Shown one piece after another: positions 37,066 to 46,600 of a DNA stretch of 54,359 bases. The stretch is taken from IMG/VR virus record IMGVR_UViG_3300037761_000240, positions 1 to 54,359 of that record; one strand, written 5' to 3'. Under the pieces are notes generated by a model. It saw nothing but the letters and a program-made list of their open reading frames with translations, searched no databases and was not told where the DNA came from. The translations under genes and the position numbers were made by a program. The stretch is from a virus. Taxonomy: Duplodnaviria > Caudoviricetes. Positions within the stretch are counted from its first letter, which is position 1, and each line of letters starts with the position of its first letter.

Positions 37066-39914
37066 CTACGTCCGTACCGATGACCAAGGAGCTGCCGTTC
37101 GTCACGCTGTTGCGCGCGATCGGACGGATGCAGGGGGAGAAGCTGTCCCTGTGCAACGACGCGGTCACCAAGCACAACCCGGAGGGCAGGTTCAAGCCTC
37201 GGGTGTTCACCGCCGCCGAAGCGGTCGACATGCTCGGACGGTCCAAGGTCCTGGCCGGCGGGAACACCTGGTACGGGGTGGCGGTGTTGCGGTCCGACTT
37301 CCCGACCGGGAGGGGACGCGGCTGGGCCAAGGACGTGGCCGGGGTAAGAGCGCTGTACGCCGACCTGGACGTCAAGGACGGCGGCCTGGCCTCGATCGAG
37401 GACGCTCGGGCGGTCATCGAGGAGGTCGGACGGCTGATAGGTGTGCCGGCGTGCGCGGTGGTGGTGACCGGCGGCGGCCTCCAACCGTACTGGCGGATCG
37501 CCAGGGACGATCGGGCGGACTTCGAGCCCGGGAGCGAGACGTGGCTGAAGGCGGTGGCGTCCTACCGCAGGTTCGGACGGCTGGTCGCGGCTGTGGCGGA
37601 GGGACTCGACGGACGGGTCGACTCCGTGTTCGACCTGTCCCGAGTGCTGCGAGTGCCGGGGACGGTGAACCGCAAGTACGGCGACGGAGTACCGGTCGGC
37701 GTCGAGGTCTACGACGCGACCTACGGCGGTGGGACAGGGACGATCGGGCTGGATCGGCTGGACGAGATCCTGGAGGAGAAGGGGATCGTCGCGCTGGACG
37801 AGGACACGGCCGTGGTCGGCAACGTGGTCTCGGCATCGGAGGAGTGGGACTGGGCCCCGGACGGGGTGGTGTGCCAGTACGTGCGCAAGATGGTCGAGTC
37901 CTGGAAGGGGGAGCAGGAGCTGCCGCGCGGCCGGCATCCCTGGCTGATGGGCCAGGCGACACGGCTCGCGGCCTTCCACCGGGCTGGTCTGGTGACTGCG
38001 GAGCAGTACCAGGAAGCCGCAGACGCCCTCGTGCGGCGATTTCACGAGCTGTTGGATACGTGGGGCCAGCCACGCGCTGCGGCGCCGGGAGAGGTCGCCC
38101 TGGCGTTCGGGTGGGGACAGCAGCAGGCGTCGAGCAAGACGGATGCGGCATTGGCGAGCGAGTTCGGCGGCCACCGACACGAGATCGACGGCGGAGCGTT
38201 CGGCGAGGGGTCCTCGTGTGTGAAGGGGGCGGTGGGGTTGGGGTCGCGGGCGGAACTGGTCGGGGCGAAGGCGGTCGAGACGGTCGCGGAGCCGTTGGTT
38301 GCGGTGTCGGTTGTGGACTCGGGCCCGATGGTCGAAGGTTCGGTGGTCGAGCACGACGGGTCCACTGAAGCCGGCGAGGCGGCTGTGTACCAGATGCAGC
38401 CGCAGGAGATGTTCACCGACGCACGGATGGCCGAACTGGCGGTGCGGGACGTGCTGGCGGGACGGTTCATGTGGGTCGGTGGCCTCGGCTGGCACCACTG
38501 GGACGGGAAGCGTTGGAAGTTGTGCATGGACCAGAGGGTCATCGAGGCGATCCGGGCCTGGGCGGTCGAGCAACTGAAGATCATGGTGGTCAAGAAGCGG
38601 CGAGGACCTGGCGACCCGTACTACGACGGCTGGGCGAAGATGCTCGGAGTGCCCAAGCTGAAGAACGTGGTCACGTTCGCCATGGGGATCGTCGAGCGGG
38701 AGGTCGGGGAACTGGACGGGGATCCGGACATCATCAACACGCCGTCCGGGATTCTGCACCTTCGGACGCTGAAGGTGGGGCCACATGATCCGAGCAAGCT
38801 GTGCACCAAGATCACGTCGGGGAACTACCGGCCGGGGTTCGTGCACGCGGACTGGGAGAAGGCGCTGGAGGCACTGGGGATCCCGGACGGAGGAGCGACG
38901 GTGGCGTGGTTCCAGGCCCGGGTCGGGCAGGGCATTACCGGGCACCGGTCGCCGGACGGGGTCAACGTCGTGCTCCAGGGCGGTGGACAGAACGGCAAGG
39001 GCGTGCTCGTTTCGGACGGGCTGGTGCCGGCGTTCGGGGACTATGCGGAGTTGGCCTCGCACAAGTTGATCCTCGGTGAGAACGAGCACTCGACCGAGCA
39101 GGCGTCACTGCACGGAAAGAGGTTCCTCGTGGCCGAGGAGCTGACCGAGGGCCGGGCGTTGAACGTCGGGGCGATCAAGAGGATCTCGGACGTCTCGACG
39201 ATCACGGCCAGGCACGTCTACCAGCGCAACATGACGTTTCGGGCCACGCACACGCTGTTCGCGACGACCAACTACATCCCGGTGGTGAACGAGACCGACT
39301 GGGGTACGTGGAGAAGGCTGAACCTGCTGATGTTCCCGTACACCTTCGTGGCGACGCGGGTGGAGGCTGTCCGGGACAACGATCGGATCGGGGACTCACG
39401 GCTGAAGGGCCGGATCGAGAGTAACGAATCGGGGCAGCACGACGCGGCGGTGACGTGGGCGGTGGAGGGTGCGGCGCGGTGGTACCAGCGGGGAGCGGAC
39501 GCACTGGCGGCACCGGCCTGGGTGGTCGAGCGGACCGAAGCGTGGCGAGGGAACGCGGACCGGGTCTCGGCCTTCTGGGCTGACCACATCGTTCCGGAAT
39601 CCGAGTCGTGCGTATTGGCGACCGAGCTGTTCGAGGCATTCAACGCGTGGCTGCAAGAGAATGGTCACAAGCCGTGGTCGAGGGAAATGTTCGAGTCCCG
39701 TTTCGGATCCCACCAGGTGACTTTGAAGCACGGTCTGGAAAAGCGCCGAGAACGTTCCCCCAAGCATGTTTCCAGGTATGTCCGGAGTTCTGACTGGAAG
39801 CCCGTGGCACTCGACGCACAGGCTCAGCATCAGGTGTGGTTGGGTGTCCGGTTTGCCACATCTGAAGACAGGCGCCCGCTGTACGCTGTGGGACTTCTGC
39901 CGAAAATCCCATGA
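37062..39914 (+). CDS. primase-helicase (RepB/AEP-type primase + D5-like SF3 helicase)
   Basis: ALYADLD, TGGGLQPYW, RVLRVPGT.N.K; Walker A GGGQNGKG, AEE, TN..P, WRRL. Confidence 0.9.
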   Translation: MTTSVPMTKELPFVTLLRAIGRMQGEKLSLCNDAVTKHNPEGRFKPRVFTAAEAVDMLGRSKVLAGGNTWYGVAVLRSDFPTGRGRGWAKDVAGVRALYADLDVKDGGLASIEDARAVIEEVGRLIGVPACAVVVTGGGLQPYWRIARDDRADFEPGSETWLKAVASYRRFGRLVAAVAEGLDGRVDSVFDLSRVLRVPGTVNRKYGDGVPVGVEVYDATYGGGTGTIGLDRLDEILEEKGIVALDEDTAVVGNVVSASEEWDWAPDGVVCQYVRKMVESWKGEQELPRGRHPWLMGQATRLAAFHRAGLVTAEQYQEAADALVRRFHELLDTWGQPRAAAPGEVALAFGWGQQQASSKTDAALASEFGGHRHEIDGGAFGEGSSCVKGAVGLGSRAELVGAKAVETVAEPLVAVSVVDSGPMVEGSVVEHDGSTEAGEAAVYQMQPQEMFTDARMAELAVRDVLAGRFMWVGGLGWHHWDGKRWKLCMDQRVIEAIRAWAVEQLKIMVVKKRRGPGDPYYDGWAKMLGVPKLKNVVTFAMGIVEREVGELDGDPDIINTPSGILHLRTLKVGPHDPSKLCTKITSGNYRPGFVHADWEKALEALGIPDGGATVAWFQARVGQGITGHRSPDGVNVVLQGGGQNGKGVLVSDGLVPAFGDYAELASHKLILGENEHSTEQASLHGKRFLVAEELTEGRALNVGAIKRISDVSTITARHVYQRNMTFRATHTLFATTNYIPVVNETDWGTWRRLNLLMFPYTFVATRVEAVRDNDRIGDSRLKGRIESNESGQHDAAVTWAVEGAARWYQRGADALAAPAWVVERTEAWRGNADRVSAFWADHIVPESESCVLATELFEAFNAWLQENGHKPWSREMFESRFGSHQVTLKHGLEKRRERSPKHVSRYVRSSDWKPVALDAQAQHQVWLGVRFATSEDRRPLYAVGLLPKIP

Positions 39915-39933
39915 CTTCGGAACTCGAACGCCT

Positions 39934-40097
39934 CCAAGATCAACTTTTCAAGATCAACATCGCTCTGAGCAGGGGTGTGCAGGGTGTGCAGACCCCAAAG
40001 TAACTTCTTCTACACGGGGGGGTCATGGAAATGTTTGTTTTCGTGCTGCACACCCTGCACACAAGATCATCTTGAAGATCATCTTGAAGATCATCTT
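39934..40097. repeat. origin-like repeat region
   Basis: 17-bp perfect inverted repeat GTGTGCAGGGTGTGCAG (39975-39991)/CTGCACACCCTGCACAC (40046-40062) around an AT-richer core; CAAGATCAAC x2 and AAGATCATCTT x3. Confidence 0.65.
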
Positions 40098-40352
40098 CGA
40101 CGCGCCGCGCGGGGTCATCGGGGGCGGCCCGATCTGTCGGGGATGTCCGTTTTCAGAATACCCGGCGTCGGGGTTATCCCTGGAATACCCGGCGTGCAGG
40201 CTCGATCGGAAATATCGAGCCATTCTTTGGTGGTATTGCCGGGCTTTCAGGGCAGGTCTGGACCGGAGTACCCGAGCGGGGATCGAGGCCGTCAGTCAAG
40301 CGCACAGGGCCGCTTGGGGCGTTCTCGTGTTAGGGACCGAAATGTCCGTTTC

Positions 40353-40484
40353 TTAGCGCCTGCCGGCGCGAGGACCCTGGCCGCGTTGGTGCTGGGCCTT
40401 GGCTGCCATCTCCTCGCGGGCTCGCTCGCCGGCCTTGCGGACGGCCTCGGCGTTGCGGGCGGCACGGGATGCTGCGTCGGTCAT
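40353..40484 (-). CDS. small basic protein
   Basis: MTDAASRAARN..., coupled. Confidence 0.45.
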   Translation of the reverse strand: MTDAASRAARNAEAVRKAGERAREEMAAKAQHQRGQGPRAGRR

Positions 40485-40597
40485 GTCATCTCCAAGAGGG
40501 CTCGGGTGAAGCAGTAGTCGAGCCAGATCCAGAAGATGGTGATGGCCCAACAGATGACCTTGGCGCTGCGAGGAAGATCTTCCCACTGGTCACTCAT
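40481..40597 (-). CDS. small membrane peptide
   Basis: MSDQWEDLPR...WAITIFWIWL; ATGA coupling. Confidence 0.5.
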   Translation of the reverse strand: MSDQWEDLPRSAKVICWAITIFWIWLDYCFTRALLEMT

Positions 40598-41907
40598 CGC
40601 ACGTCCACGGTCAGGATGACCTGCTTGGCCGCCCGGGTGATGGCGGTGTAGAGCCAACGCTTGGCCATCAGGTTCGCCTCCCGGCGGGCGTAGTCGGTGC
40701 CGGCGCCGCGCGAGAGGTGGTCCTTCGCCGTGATCGAGCGCAGGCCCGGGGTCTCGTCCACGACCAGGACCTTGTCCCACTGGGAGCCTTGGGCCTTGTG
40801 CACGGTGACCGCGTGGGCGTAGGTCGCCGCGACGACGCCAGGCCGGCGGAACGGGCCCGAGGACTGCCGGCGGGCACTCAGCTCGCCGTCGGTGCCGGTG
40901 AAGCCGACCGACCAGGCGCGCAGTTCGACGTCGAGGCCGGACTCGGTGGTGGCGGCGATGTCGAGGATGCGGGTGTTGTCGCGTCCGGTCTCGCCGAAGG
41001 TCTGTCGGACGGTGAGCTGTTGGCCGTTGAGGATGCCGGCCTCGCGGTCGTTGACCAGACCGATGATGCGCTCGCCCGGTTGGGGATACCCGGCATGGCC
41101 GGCCGCGCGGCGCATGGCGTTGATGACCCGCCAGCGGGTGGCGTTGCGCCAGCAGATCACCTGGTCGAAGCGGAGCGCTTCGACCGGGGTGAGGCGGTAG
41201 GGCCAACGGCCGGAGTTGCCGTCCATACCCGGCACGCCGAGATCGACGTCGTGTCCGTCAGCGGAACGTACGGCGGTGGCCAGGCGGGTCACGGGCGAGT
41301 CGAGGGCGGAGCGGTGGATGTCGGTGAGGAGCATGTCCGGCTCGGCGTCGATGAAGTACCCGGTGCCGTCGATCGGCGGGAGCTGCGCTGGGTCGCCGAG
41401 GACCAGAGTCGGCACGCCGAAGTCGAGCAGGTCCAGGGCCATGGTGTCATCGACCATGGACACCTCGTCGAGGACGAGCAATGCGGCGCGTTCCAGCTCG
41501 GAGCCGGTGTTGACGATCCAGCCCGGGGAGTCGATCTCGCGCTGTTCGGCCTCGATCTCGGCGTCCAGTCTCGCTTGTTCCACAGGGTCGAGTGCCGCGT
41601 TACGTGCCAGTTGCAGCTCGCGTAGGTGTTCGCGGGCCTTTTCGACCGGTTGGTAGATCAGCGAGTGGATCGTCTGCGCGCCGTCGCAGCCCTTCGAGGC
41701 CAGCACGTGTGCCGCCTTGCCGGTGAAGGCCGCGTAGCGGGTCCTGCCGACCAGGCCCAGCGCGGAGACGATCTCGCGGGCCACGGTCGTCTTGCCGGTG
41801 CCGGCGTAGCCGAACAGGCGGAACGTCTGTGTCTCGTCCGCTTTGAGCCAGCTCCTGACGCGCTCGACGGCTTCGAGCTGTTGGCCGGCAAGCTCGATGT
41901 CGGTCAC
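40594..41907 (-). CDS. SF1 Dda/RecD-like helicase
   Basis: GYAGTGKT, TIHS, DEVSM, GDPAQLPP, TVHKAQGSQW, YTAITRA. Confidence 0.92.
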   Translation of the reverse strand: MTDIELAGQQLEAVERVRSWLKADETQTFRLFGYAGTGKTTVAREIVSALGLVGRTRYAAFTGKAAHVLASKGCDGAQTIHSLIYQPVEKAREHLRELQLARNAALDPVEQARLDAEIEAEQREIDSPGWIVNTGSELERAALLVLDEVSMVDDTMALDLLDFGVPTLVLGDPAQLPPIDGTGYFIDAEPDMLLTDIHRSALDSPVTRLATAVRSADGHDVDLGVPGMDGNSGRWPYRLTPVEALRFDQVICWRNATRWRVINAMRRAAGHAGYPQPGERIIGLVNDREAGILNGQQLTVRQTFGETGRDNTRILDIAATTESGLDVELRAWSVGFTGTDGELSARRQSSGPFRRPGVVAATYAHAVTVHKAQGSQWDKVLVVDETPGLRSITAKDHLSRGAGTDYARREANLMAKRWLYTAITRAAKQVILTVDVR

Positions 41908-42176
41908 GGGTGATCCGGGTCGTGGATGATGGCCAGGGCCATCGGGCGGAAGGTCATCGGGTGGTCGGAGGTGCACTCGGGGACGAGGGCTCGAAACTGC
42001 GCCATGGCTACCTTCCAGGTCTGTCGGAGTGGCTTGTGGTCTTCGTACCACGCCAGCCATGCGAGCTGGTCGGCGTGCGGGGAGTTCTCGTCCACGTCGG
42101 CCGGCTCGCGGTCCTGGTGGCGTTGCAGTGCGTCGTGGGTGTCGATCAGCCGGCACGCCGCTTCGTGAGTTCGCAT
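41904..42176 (-). CDS. hypothetical protein
   Basis: GAGGA RBS downstream of a promoter. Confidence 0.6.
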   Translation of the reverse strand: MRTHEAACRLIDTHDALQRHQDREPADVDENSPHADQLAWLAWYEDHKPLRQTWKVAMAQFRALVPECTSDHPMTFRPMALAIIHDPDHP

Positions 42177-42219
42177 GGGTGATCCTCTCGTCGAGGGGCC
42201 GCACTTCGGCCCTACGAGG

Positions 42220-42248
42220 ATGGTACCATACTTTCTGGGCAGTGTCAA
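42220..42248 (-). promoter_or_regulatory. sigma70-type promoter
   Basis: TTGACA-N17-TACCAT(CCTC) with extended TGG. Confidence 0.7.
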
Positions 42249-42264
42249 TACCGGTTTCCTCGTC

Positions 42265-43311
42265 CTACCCCGTGACACTCGTGACAGCCGTGCCAAGGTA
42301 GCGATCGAAGGTGTCGGCGAAGTCGTCGAGGACGTAGCCTTTCAATCGGGCTCCGGTCGGCAGGCGCAGCGTGCGCGGGGCGATGCCATAGGCCCGGAGC
42401 ACGCTGGCAAGTGCCGCTCCGTCGACCGCACCGGTCGCGGAGACGAGGTCGGCGGTCGAGACCCTGGTCTGTCCGGCGAATGCGTCACGGATGGCACTCA
42501 ACAGAGCACCTGGCCCAGAGGCGTCCTCAGCGGTCGTGTATGCCTCGTGGAGCGTCATGGCGGCGATCCTGGCGTCGTAGGGCCAGCGTCCGCCTGCCAG
42601 GTCTGCTACGGCCATCAGGGGCTCCCAGACGTCGGCCGCACGGTCGGTCAGGGTCATTACGGGCTTTGCGGTCGACAGCTCGGTCAGGTGAGCGCCCAGC
42701 CAGGCGCCGAGACCAGATCCGATGCCCTGAAGGGCGGGCATGTCGGCGGATCGCAGCGGGTCGGCGGATTCGTGAGACGCCCGGCGGCGCATGCGAATGT
42801 TCACGGCCCGGTCGGTGATCGTGTCCGGGATGGTGTACCCGATGCCTGCCAGTGCCGCCATGGCGAAGCTGGGAAGGCGCACCACCGTCTGTGAGGACCC
42901 GGCACCGGAGCACCGGATCACAGGGCGGCCCCGGTTGAAGCCGGCGTTGAGCATGGCGCGCAGATTCTCGGCGCCGCCGCCGGAGGACCCGGCGACCGGC
43001 CAGATCGCGTCGGCCTCGTCGAACAGGAGGGTCGGCGGGTCGTCGGCGTCGATTGATCGCACGATCGCGGCATAGGTGGCGTTGAACGCCATCAGCGGGT
43101 CGTGACAGAGTCCCTCGATGACGTCGAGCAGGCGGGACTTGCCGCAGCGTTTCTCCGGGGAGCTGATGACCAGTCGCGGCGCGGTGTAGAGCGCCGGCTG
43201 GACATGGGTCGCCGCGATCCAGAGGGTCACGGCGTCGGTGGCCTCGGGTGAAGGCATGACGACGTAGCGCACGAGGGCCTCGCGCGCTGCGTCGAGCGGG
43301 CTGGTGGTCAT
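42265..43311 (-). CDS. DUF3631 domain P-loop protein
   Basis: LWIAATH, SPEKRCGKSRLL, LLFDEAD, LNAG, DRAADVWEPL..VAD.AG..WP. Confidence 0.8.
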   Translation of the reverse strand: MTTSPLDAAREALVRYVVMPSPEATDAVTLWIAATHVQPALYTAPRLVISSPEKRCGKSRLLDVIEGLCHDPLMAFNATYAAIVRSIDADDPPTLLFDEADAIWPVAGSSGGGAENLRAMLNAGFNRGRPVIRCSGAGSSQTVVRLPSFAMAALAGIGYTIPDTITDRAVNIRMRRRASHESADPLRSADMPALQGIGSGLGAWLGAHLTELSTAKPVMTLTDRAADVWEPLMAVADLAGGRWPYDARIAAMTLHEAYTTAEDASGPGALLSAIRDAFAGQTRVSTADLVSATGAVDGAALASVLRAYGIAPRTLRLPTGARLKGYVLDDFADTFDRYLGTAVTSVTG

Positions 43312-43523
43312 GACTGGCCGCGACGCTTCGGTGGCCAGAGCCCGTGTTCGGTGGCCAGCTCGATCGCTCGGCGTTCCCAGACCGCACAGGCCGGAGTACC
43401 CGGCCCGAGAGAACGGGCGAAGTCGATCATGCCGGCGACCTGTTCGGCCACGGTCACTTCGATCATCGAGTCGGACTCGACGTCGTAGACGGTCATCATC
43501 GGAGCACTCGGCGAGGTGGTCAT
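43308..43523 (-). CDS. hypothetical protein
   Basis: ATGA coupling. Confidence 0.55.
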   Translation of the reverse strand: MTTSPSAPMMTVYDVESDSMIEVTVAEQVAGMIDFARSLGPGTPACAVWERRAIELATEHGLWPPKRRGQS

Positions 43524-43861
43524 GACGTCGCGCTGTCGTGGAGCCAGTCGTCGAGTCGACGCATGACCAGGAAGATGTGCCGGTCGCCGGGGTTGTCGAT
43601 GTAGTCGCGTTCCTCGCTCGACCAGCCGTAGTCGAGCAGGGCTCGCAGGTCCTGGACAGGCAGCGGGTCGGGAGTAGCAGGAAGTGGAGTACCCGGCGAG
43701 TCGGGCTCGGATTCGAACACGTCGGGAATGCCGTCGCCTCGACCTTCGTAGGTGGTGAAGCCAGCCGCGTCGACTGCGGCGGTCAGCTTCGCTACGGCGG
43801 CGTTGGGGTCGTCTGCCTCGACGACGTGCACGACACCGACGAGGACGTTGTAGGCGGTCAT
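43520..43861 (-). CDS. hypothetical protein
   Basis: ATGA coupling. Confidence 0.6.
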   Translation of the reverse strand: MTAYNVLVGVVHVVEADDPNAAVAKLTAAVDAAGFTTYEGRGDGIPDVFESEPDSPGTPLPATPDPLPVQDLRALLDYGWSSEERDYIDNPGDRHIFLVMRRLDDWLHDSATS

Positions 43862-44307
43862 GACGTCACCTCGTCAGAGGCCGGTGAGTCGAGCCCGTAC
43901 CTGCCGGACTCAGCGTCGGGAAGCGTTCCGATGTACTCGGACGCCTCGTTGTGAGTGGTGAACAGACCGACCACCGGGCATTGCTGGCCGGGCTTCACGC
44001 CCTCGGTGTCGACGACTACCCACCAGTCGGTCAGGCAGTAGGCGTGTGCGTTGCCGAGAGGGTCAGGGCCGATCAGGTGGCCGTCGATGTCGGCGGAGCA
44101 TTGCTCGCACAGCTCGTACTGGAAGCCTTCGACGATGGTGGCAACCTGCTCGCCGGCCAGACCCGGCACGACGGTCGCGGGCACGTGCTCGGCGAAGGTG
44201 ATCGGTTCGTCCGGGAATGCGTCGGTGTGTTGCTCCCGCGCGTGCTCGGCGTCGTCGGCGGTCCATGTCCGGACGCCTTCGGCGGTGGAGACGAGGTAGG
44301 TGCTCAT
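43858..44307 (-). CDS. hypothetical acidic protein
   Basis: ATGA coupling. Confidence 0.6.
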   Translation of the reverse strand: MSTYLVSTAEGVRTWTADDAEHAREQHTDAFPDEPITFAEHVPATVVPGLAGEQVATIVEGFQYELCEQCSADIDGHLIGPDPLGNAHAYCLTDWWVVVDTEGVKPGQQCPVVGLFTTHNEASEYIGTLPDAESGRYGLDSPASDEVTS

Positions 44308-44744
44308 GACGCCAACTGACGAGCTGCAAGTGCGGACTGGTTGCGGACTGCTCCGCACTTGCACTTGGACACGTAGGAGTCGAAGTAGGACCAACGGTGC
44401 TGGTCGTGCGGGGTGAAGGGCTCGCCGTCGAAGCGTCCACCGGTCGAGTGGGAGAAGTCGTCGGCGCCGTCGTAGGCCCAGCAGGTCATCTGCGAGTCGA
44501 TGTCGTACAGGGCAGCGAAGAACAGGCCCCACTCGTCCCACGTGGCCGCCCAGTCGTACCCGGCACCGTAGGTCCCGGTATTGGACCGACGACGGCCCTT
44601 GCGCTGCTCGGCCACCAGGTGAACCTCGAAGGCGTGATCGCGGCTGCGAGAGCCGTGGCTGGTCAGCTCGACGTCCACGCCGTCGATGCCGGCCGTCGCC
44701 GCGTACACCTGGCGCGCGGAGAGGATGTCTGTGTGAAGTCGCAT
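44304..44744 (-). CDS. phage hypothetical protein
   Basis: HGSRSRDHAFEV.L...AATWDEWG.F.A.LY..D. Confidence 0.7.
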   Translation of the reverse strand: MRLHTDILSARQVYAATAGIDGVDVELTSHGSRSRDHAFEVHLVAEQRKGRRRSNTGTYGAGYDWAATWDEWGLFFAALYDIDSQMTCWAYDGADDFSHSTGGRFDGEPFTPHDQHRWSYFDSYVSKCKCGAVRNQSALAARQLAS

Positions 44745-44787
44745 GTCGTCACTTCCGATCTGGCGCATACCTTGCGCCGCTAAGAGG

Positions 44788-44817
44788 ATGGTATCGGGAA
44801 TACCCGGCAAGTGTCTA
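44788..44817 (-). promoter_or_regulatory. promoter with a GGAATACCCGG motif in the spacer
   Basis: TAGACA-N18-TACCAT(CCTC); a second motif copy just upstream of the -35. Confidence 0.65.
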
Positions 44818-44836
44818 GTTGTAGGAATACCTGGCG

Positions 44837-44998
44837 TCACGCCTCCCGGACGGTGCGTCGGACGGCACGCTCGTGGGTCGGCATGGCGTCGAAGTCTCCG
44901 GCCAGGATCATCGCGCGGGCCGTGAGCCGGCCTCGCTTGACGATTCCACGTCGGACCTGGCGCCGCATGCGGCGCGCGGCCTTGCTCGTGTCTGTCAT
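44837..44998 (-). CDS. small Arg-rich protein (cassette)
   Basis: MTDTSKAARRMRR..., AGAGAGG RBS from the repeat. Confidence 0.65.
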   Translation of the reverse strand: MTDTSKAARRMRRQVRRGIVKRGRLTARAMILAGDFDAMPTHERAVRRTVREA

Positions 44999-45119
44999 GG
45001 CTTCCTCTCTGGGCCGTCGATCTGACGACTCCGCACGGTGCCAGGGGTCGGGGGGAGTAGGTCGCTCGCTTCGCTCGCGCTCACCCTGTGGGATACCTGG
45101 CGCCATGCCGAACGGTCAG
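44999..45119 (-). repeat. intergenic hairpin/RBS element, copy 1 (enlarged loop)
   Basis: CTGACCGTTCGGCATGGCGCCAGG...CCTGGCACCGTGCGGAGTCGTCAG...CAGAGAGG. Confidence 0.85.
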
Positions 45120-45706
45120 ACGGACGCGTCGTCGAGCATCCGGCGCGCTTCGGTGTTGGCGTACTCGGTGCCGAAGAATCCCCAGCAGGATTCCTCGACG
45201 GTCCACTCCTCGACACGATCGGGACTCGACCCGTCGTCCCACAGGGTGCGGCCGGTGCGGAGTCGCTCCACGATGACGCCGTAGACCTCTCCGTCGAAGT
45301 ACGCGCGCCATTCGGCGGCCTCGCCGGACAGGTCGACCGGTAGCTGGATCACGCCGACGTGGGAGCGCCAGTCGGCCGTGTCGAAGATCAGCACGAGTCC
45401 GTCACGGGTCGAGAACGTCTCGACGGTGGTGACGTTGTGCCAGATCCGGAGGTAGCGGGCGAACAGGTCGGACCCGTCGTGCACGCCGTGACGCTCGACG
45501 TACCAGCGCAGCGCGGAGATCAGCGAGTCGGCATCGGCCGGCACGTAGACCTCGCGGCCGAAGTAGGGCCGCCCGTCGTAGGGGACCATCAGGGCCGGCG
45601 CCAGTGCGTCGCCGTAGGGTTCCTGACCGGTCGTGTCCTGCTCGATGCGGGCACGCCAGCCGGGACGGTTGTCGCGGGTGATCGTGTCCACGGTGTAGTC
45701 GCTCAT
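45116..45706 (-). CDS. acidic hypothetical protein (cassette)
   Basis: bounded by repeats; GEVYG...ESCWGFFG. Confidence 0.8.
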   Translation of the reverse strand: MSDYTVDTITRDNRPGWRARIEQDTTGQEPYGDALAPALMVPYDGRPYFGREVYVPADADSLISALRWYVERHGVHDGSDLFARYLRIWHNVTTVETFSTRDGLVLIFDTADWRSHVGVIQLPVDLSGEAAEWRAYFDGEVYGVIVERLRTGRTLWDDGSSPDRVEEWTVEESCWGFFGTEYANTEARRMLDDASV

Positions 45707-45820
45707 GACTGCCTCTCTGGATCGCTAGGTGCGGTCGGCCGGGCCGGCCGATCGTCACTGTTGACGATTCCGCACGGTGCCAGGGTCGGGGGAATACCTG
45801 GCGCCATGCCGAACGGTCAG
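45707..45820 (-). repeat. intergenic hairpin/RBS element, copy 2
   Basis: near-identical to copy 3, including an extra GATCGGCCGG hairpin insert. Confidence 0.9.
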
Positions 45821-45987
45821 CGAGTCTTTCCGCCCCACATGCGGGTGAGTCTGTCTGCCGTCATGCTCCGCGCTTCCACGTTGCCGATCGGGGTCCAGCA
45901 GGACAGGCACCGGGGTCCCGGGAAGACTTCGAGATCGTCCACGGTCGTGCCGCAGTCGCGGCACACGTGAGTGTCTGTCTCGCTCAT
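45817..45987 (-). CDS. 56-aa zinc-ribbon protein (not in the ORF track)
   Basis: MSETDTHVCRDCG...RCLSCW...; stop lies in the repeat, ATGA overlap upstream. Confidence 0.7.
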   Translation of the reverse strand: MSETDTHVCRDCGTTVDDLEVFPGPRCLSCWTPIGNVEARSMTADRLTRMWGGKTR

Positions 45988-46487
45988 GACAGGTACACCT
46001 GGCCGTCGTCGCCCACGTAGGCCCCGGTGTCGCCGTACGGGTGCGACGCCGCCGTGAGTCGGTCGCCGCGCTCACCTAGGCCCATGTCCCAGAATCCGGC
46101 GCCGTGGCGGTCGCGCGTCAGTGCGAAGTTGTGCCCGATCGCCTTGCTCGGCAGCTCGGCAAGGTCGTCGCGGTTGTCGTGCAGGAACGCGACCAGCTCG
46201 GATCGGGCCCGGTCGACCGATTCGGGGTCGATGTCTTCGGGGGAATACCTGGCGTCGAGAGGTTGTCTGTCCTCGTCCACGCTGGACCAGAGAACGGTCA
46301 CCAGGTACGCGTGCAGGATTGACTCGATGCGTTCGGCCGTGGGCATCCACGGGCTGCCGGGCTCGGGTGGAATACCCGACCCGGTGACGGTGGCGTGCCC
46401 GGAGTCAGCACACGGCCGGCAGTACTTTGACAGGACTGCCTCAACTGGTGACAGGGTGCGACCGCACCCGTTCGCGCATGTGCTCAT
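45984..46487 (-). CDS. phage hypothetical protein (cassette)
   Basis: AYLVTVLWSS...GHNFALTRDRHGAGFWD. Confidence 0.8.
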   Translation of the reverse strand: MSTCANGCGRTLSPVEAVLSKYCRPCADSGHATVTGSGIPPEPGSPWMPTAERIESILHAYLVTVLWSSVDEDRQPLDARYSPEDIDPESVDRARSELVAFLHDNRDDLAELPSKAIGHNFALTRDRHGAGFWDMGLGERGDRLTAASHPYGDTGAYVGDDGQVYLS

Positions 46488-46600
46488 GACTGCCTCTCTG
46501 GATCGCTAGGCGCGGTCGGCCGGGCCGGCCGATCGTCACTCTGACGATTCCGCACGGTGCCAGGGTCGGGGGAATACCTGGCGCCATGCCGAACGGTCAG
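46488..46600 (-). repeat. intergenic hairpin/RBS element, copy 3
   Basis: spans upstream stop to downstream ATG. Confidence 0.9.

Noticed and set aside
36942-39089. 715-aa minus-strand ORF (and the 405-aa alternative-frame ORF at 37151)
   Set aside because: Overlap the motif-bearing primase-helicase; low-complexity shadow translations.
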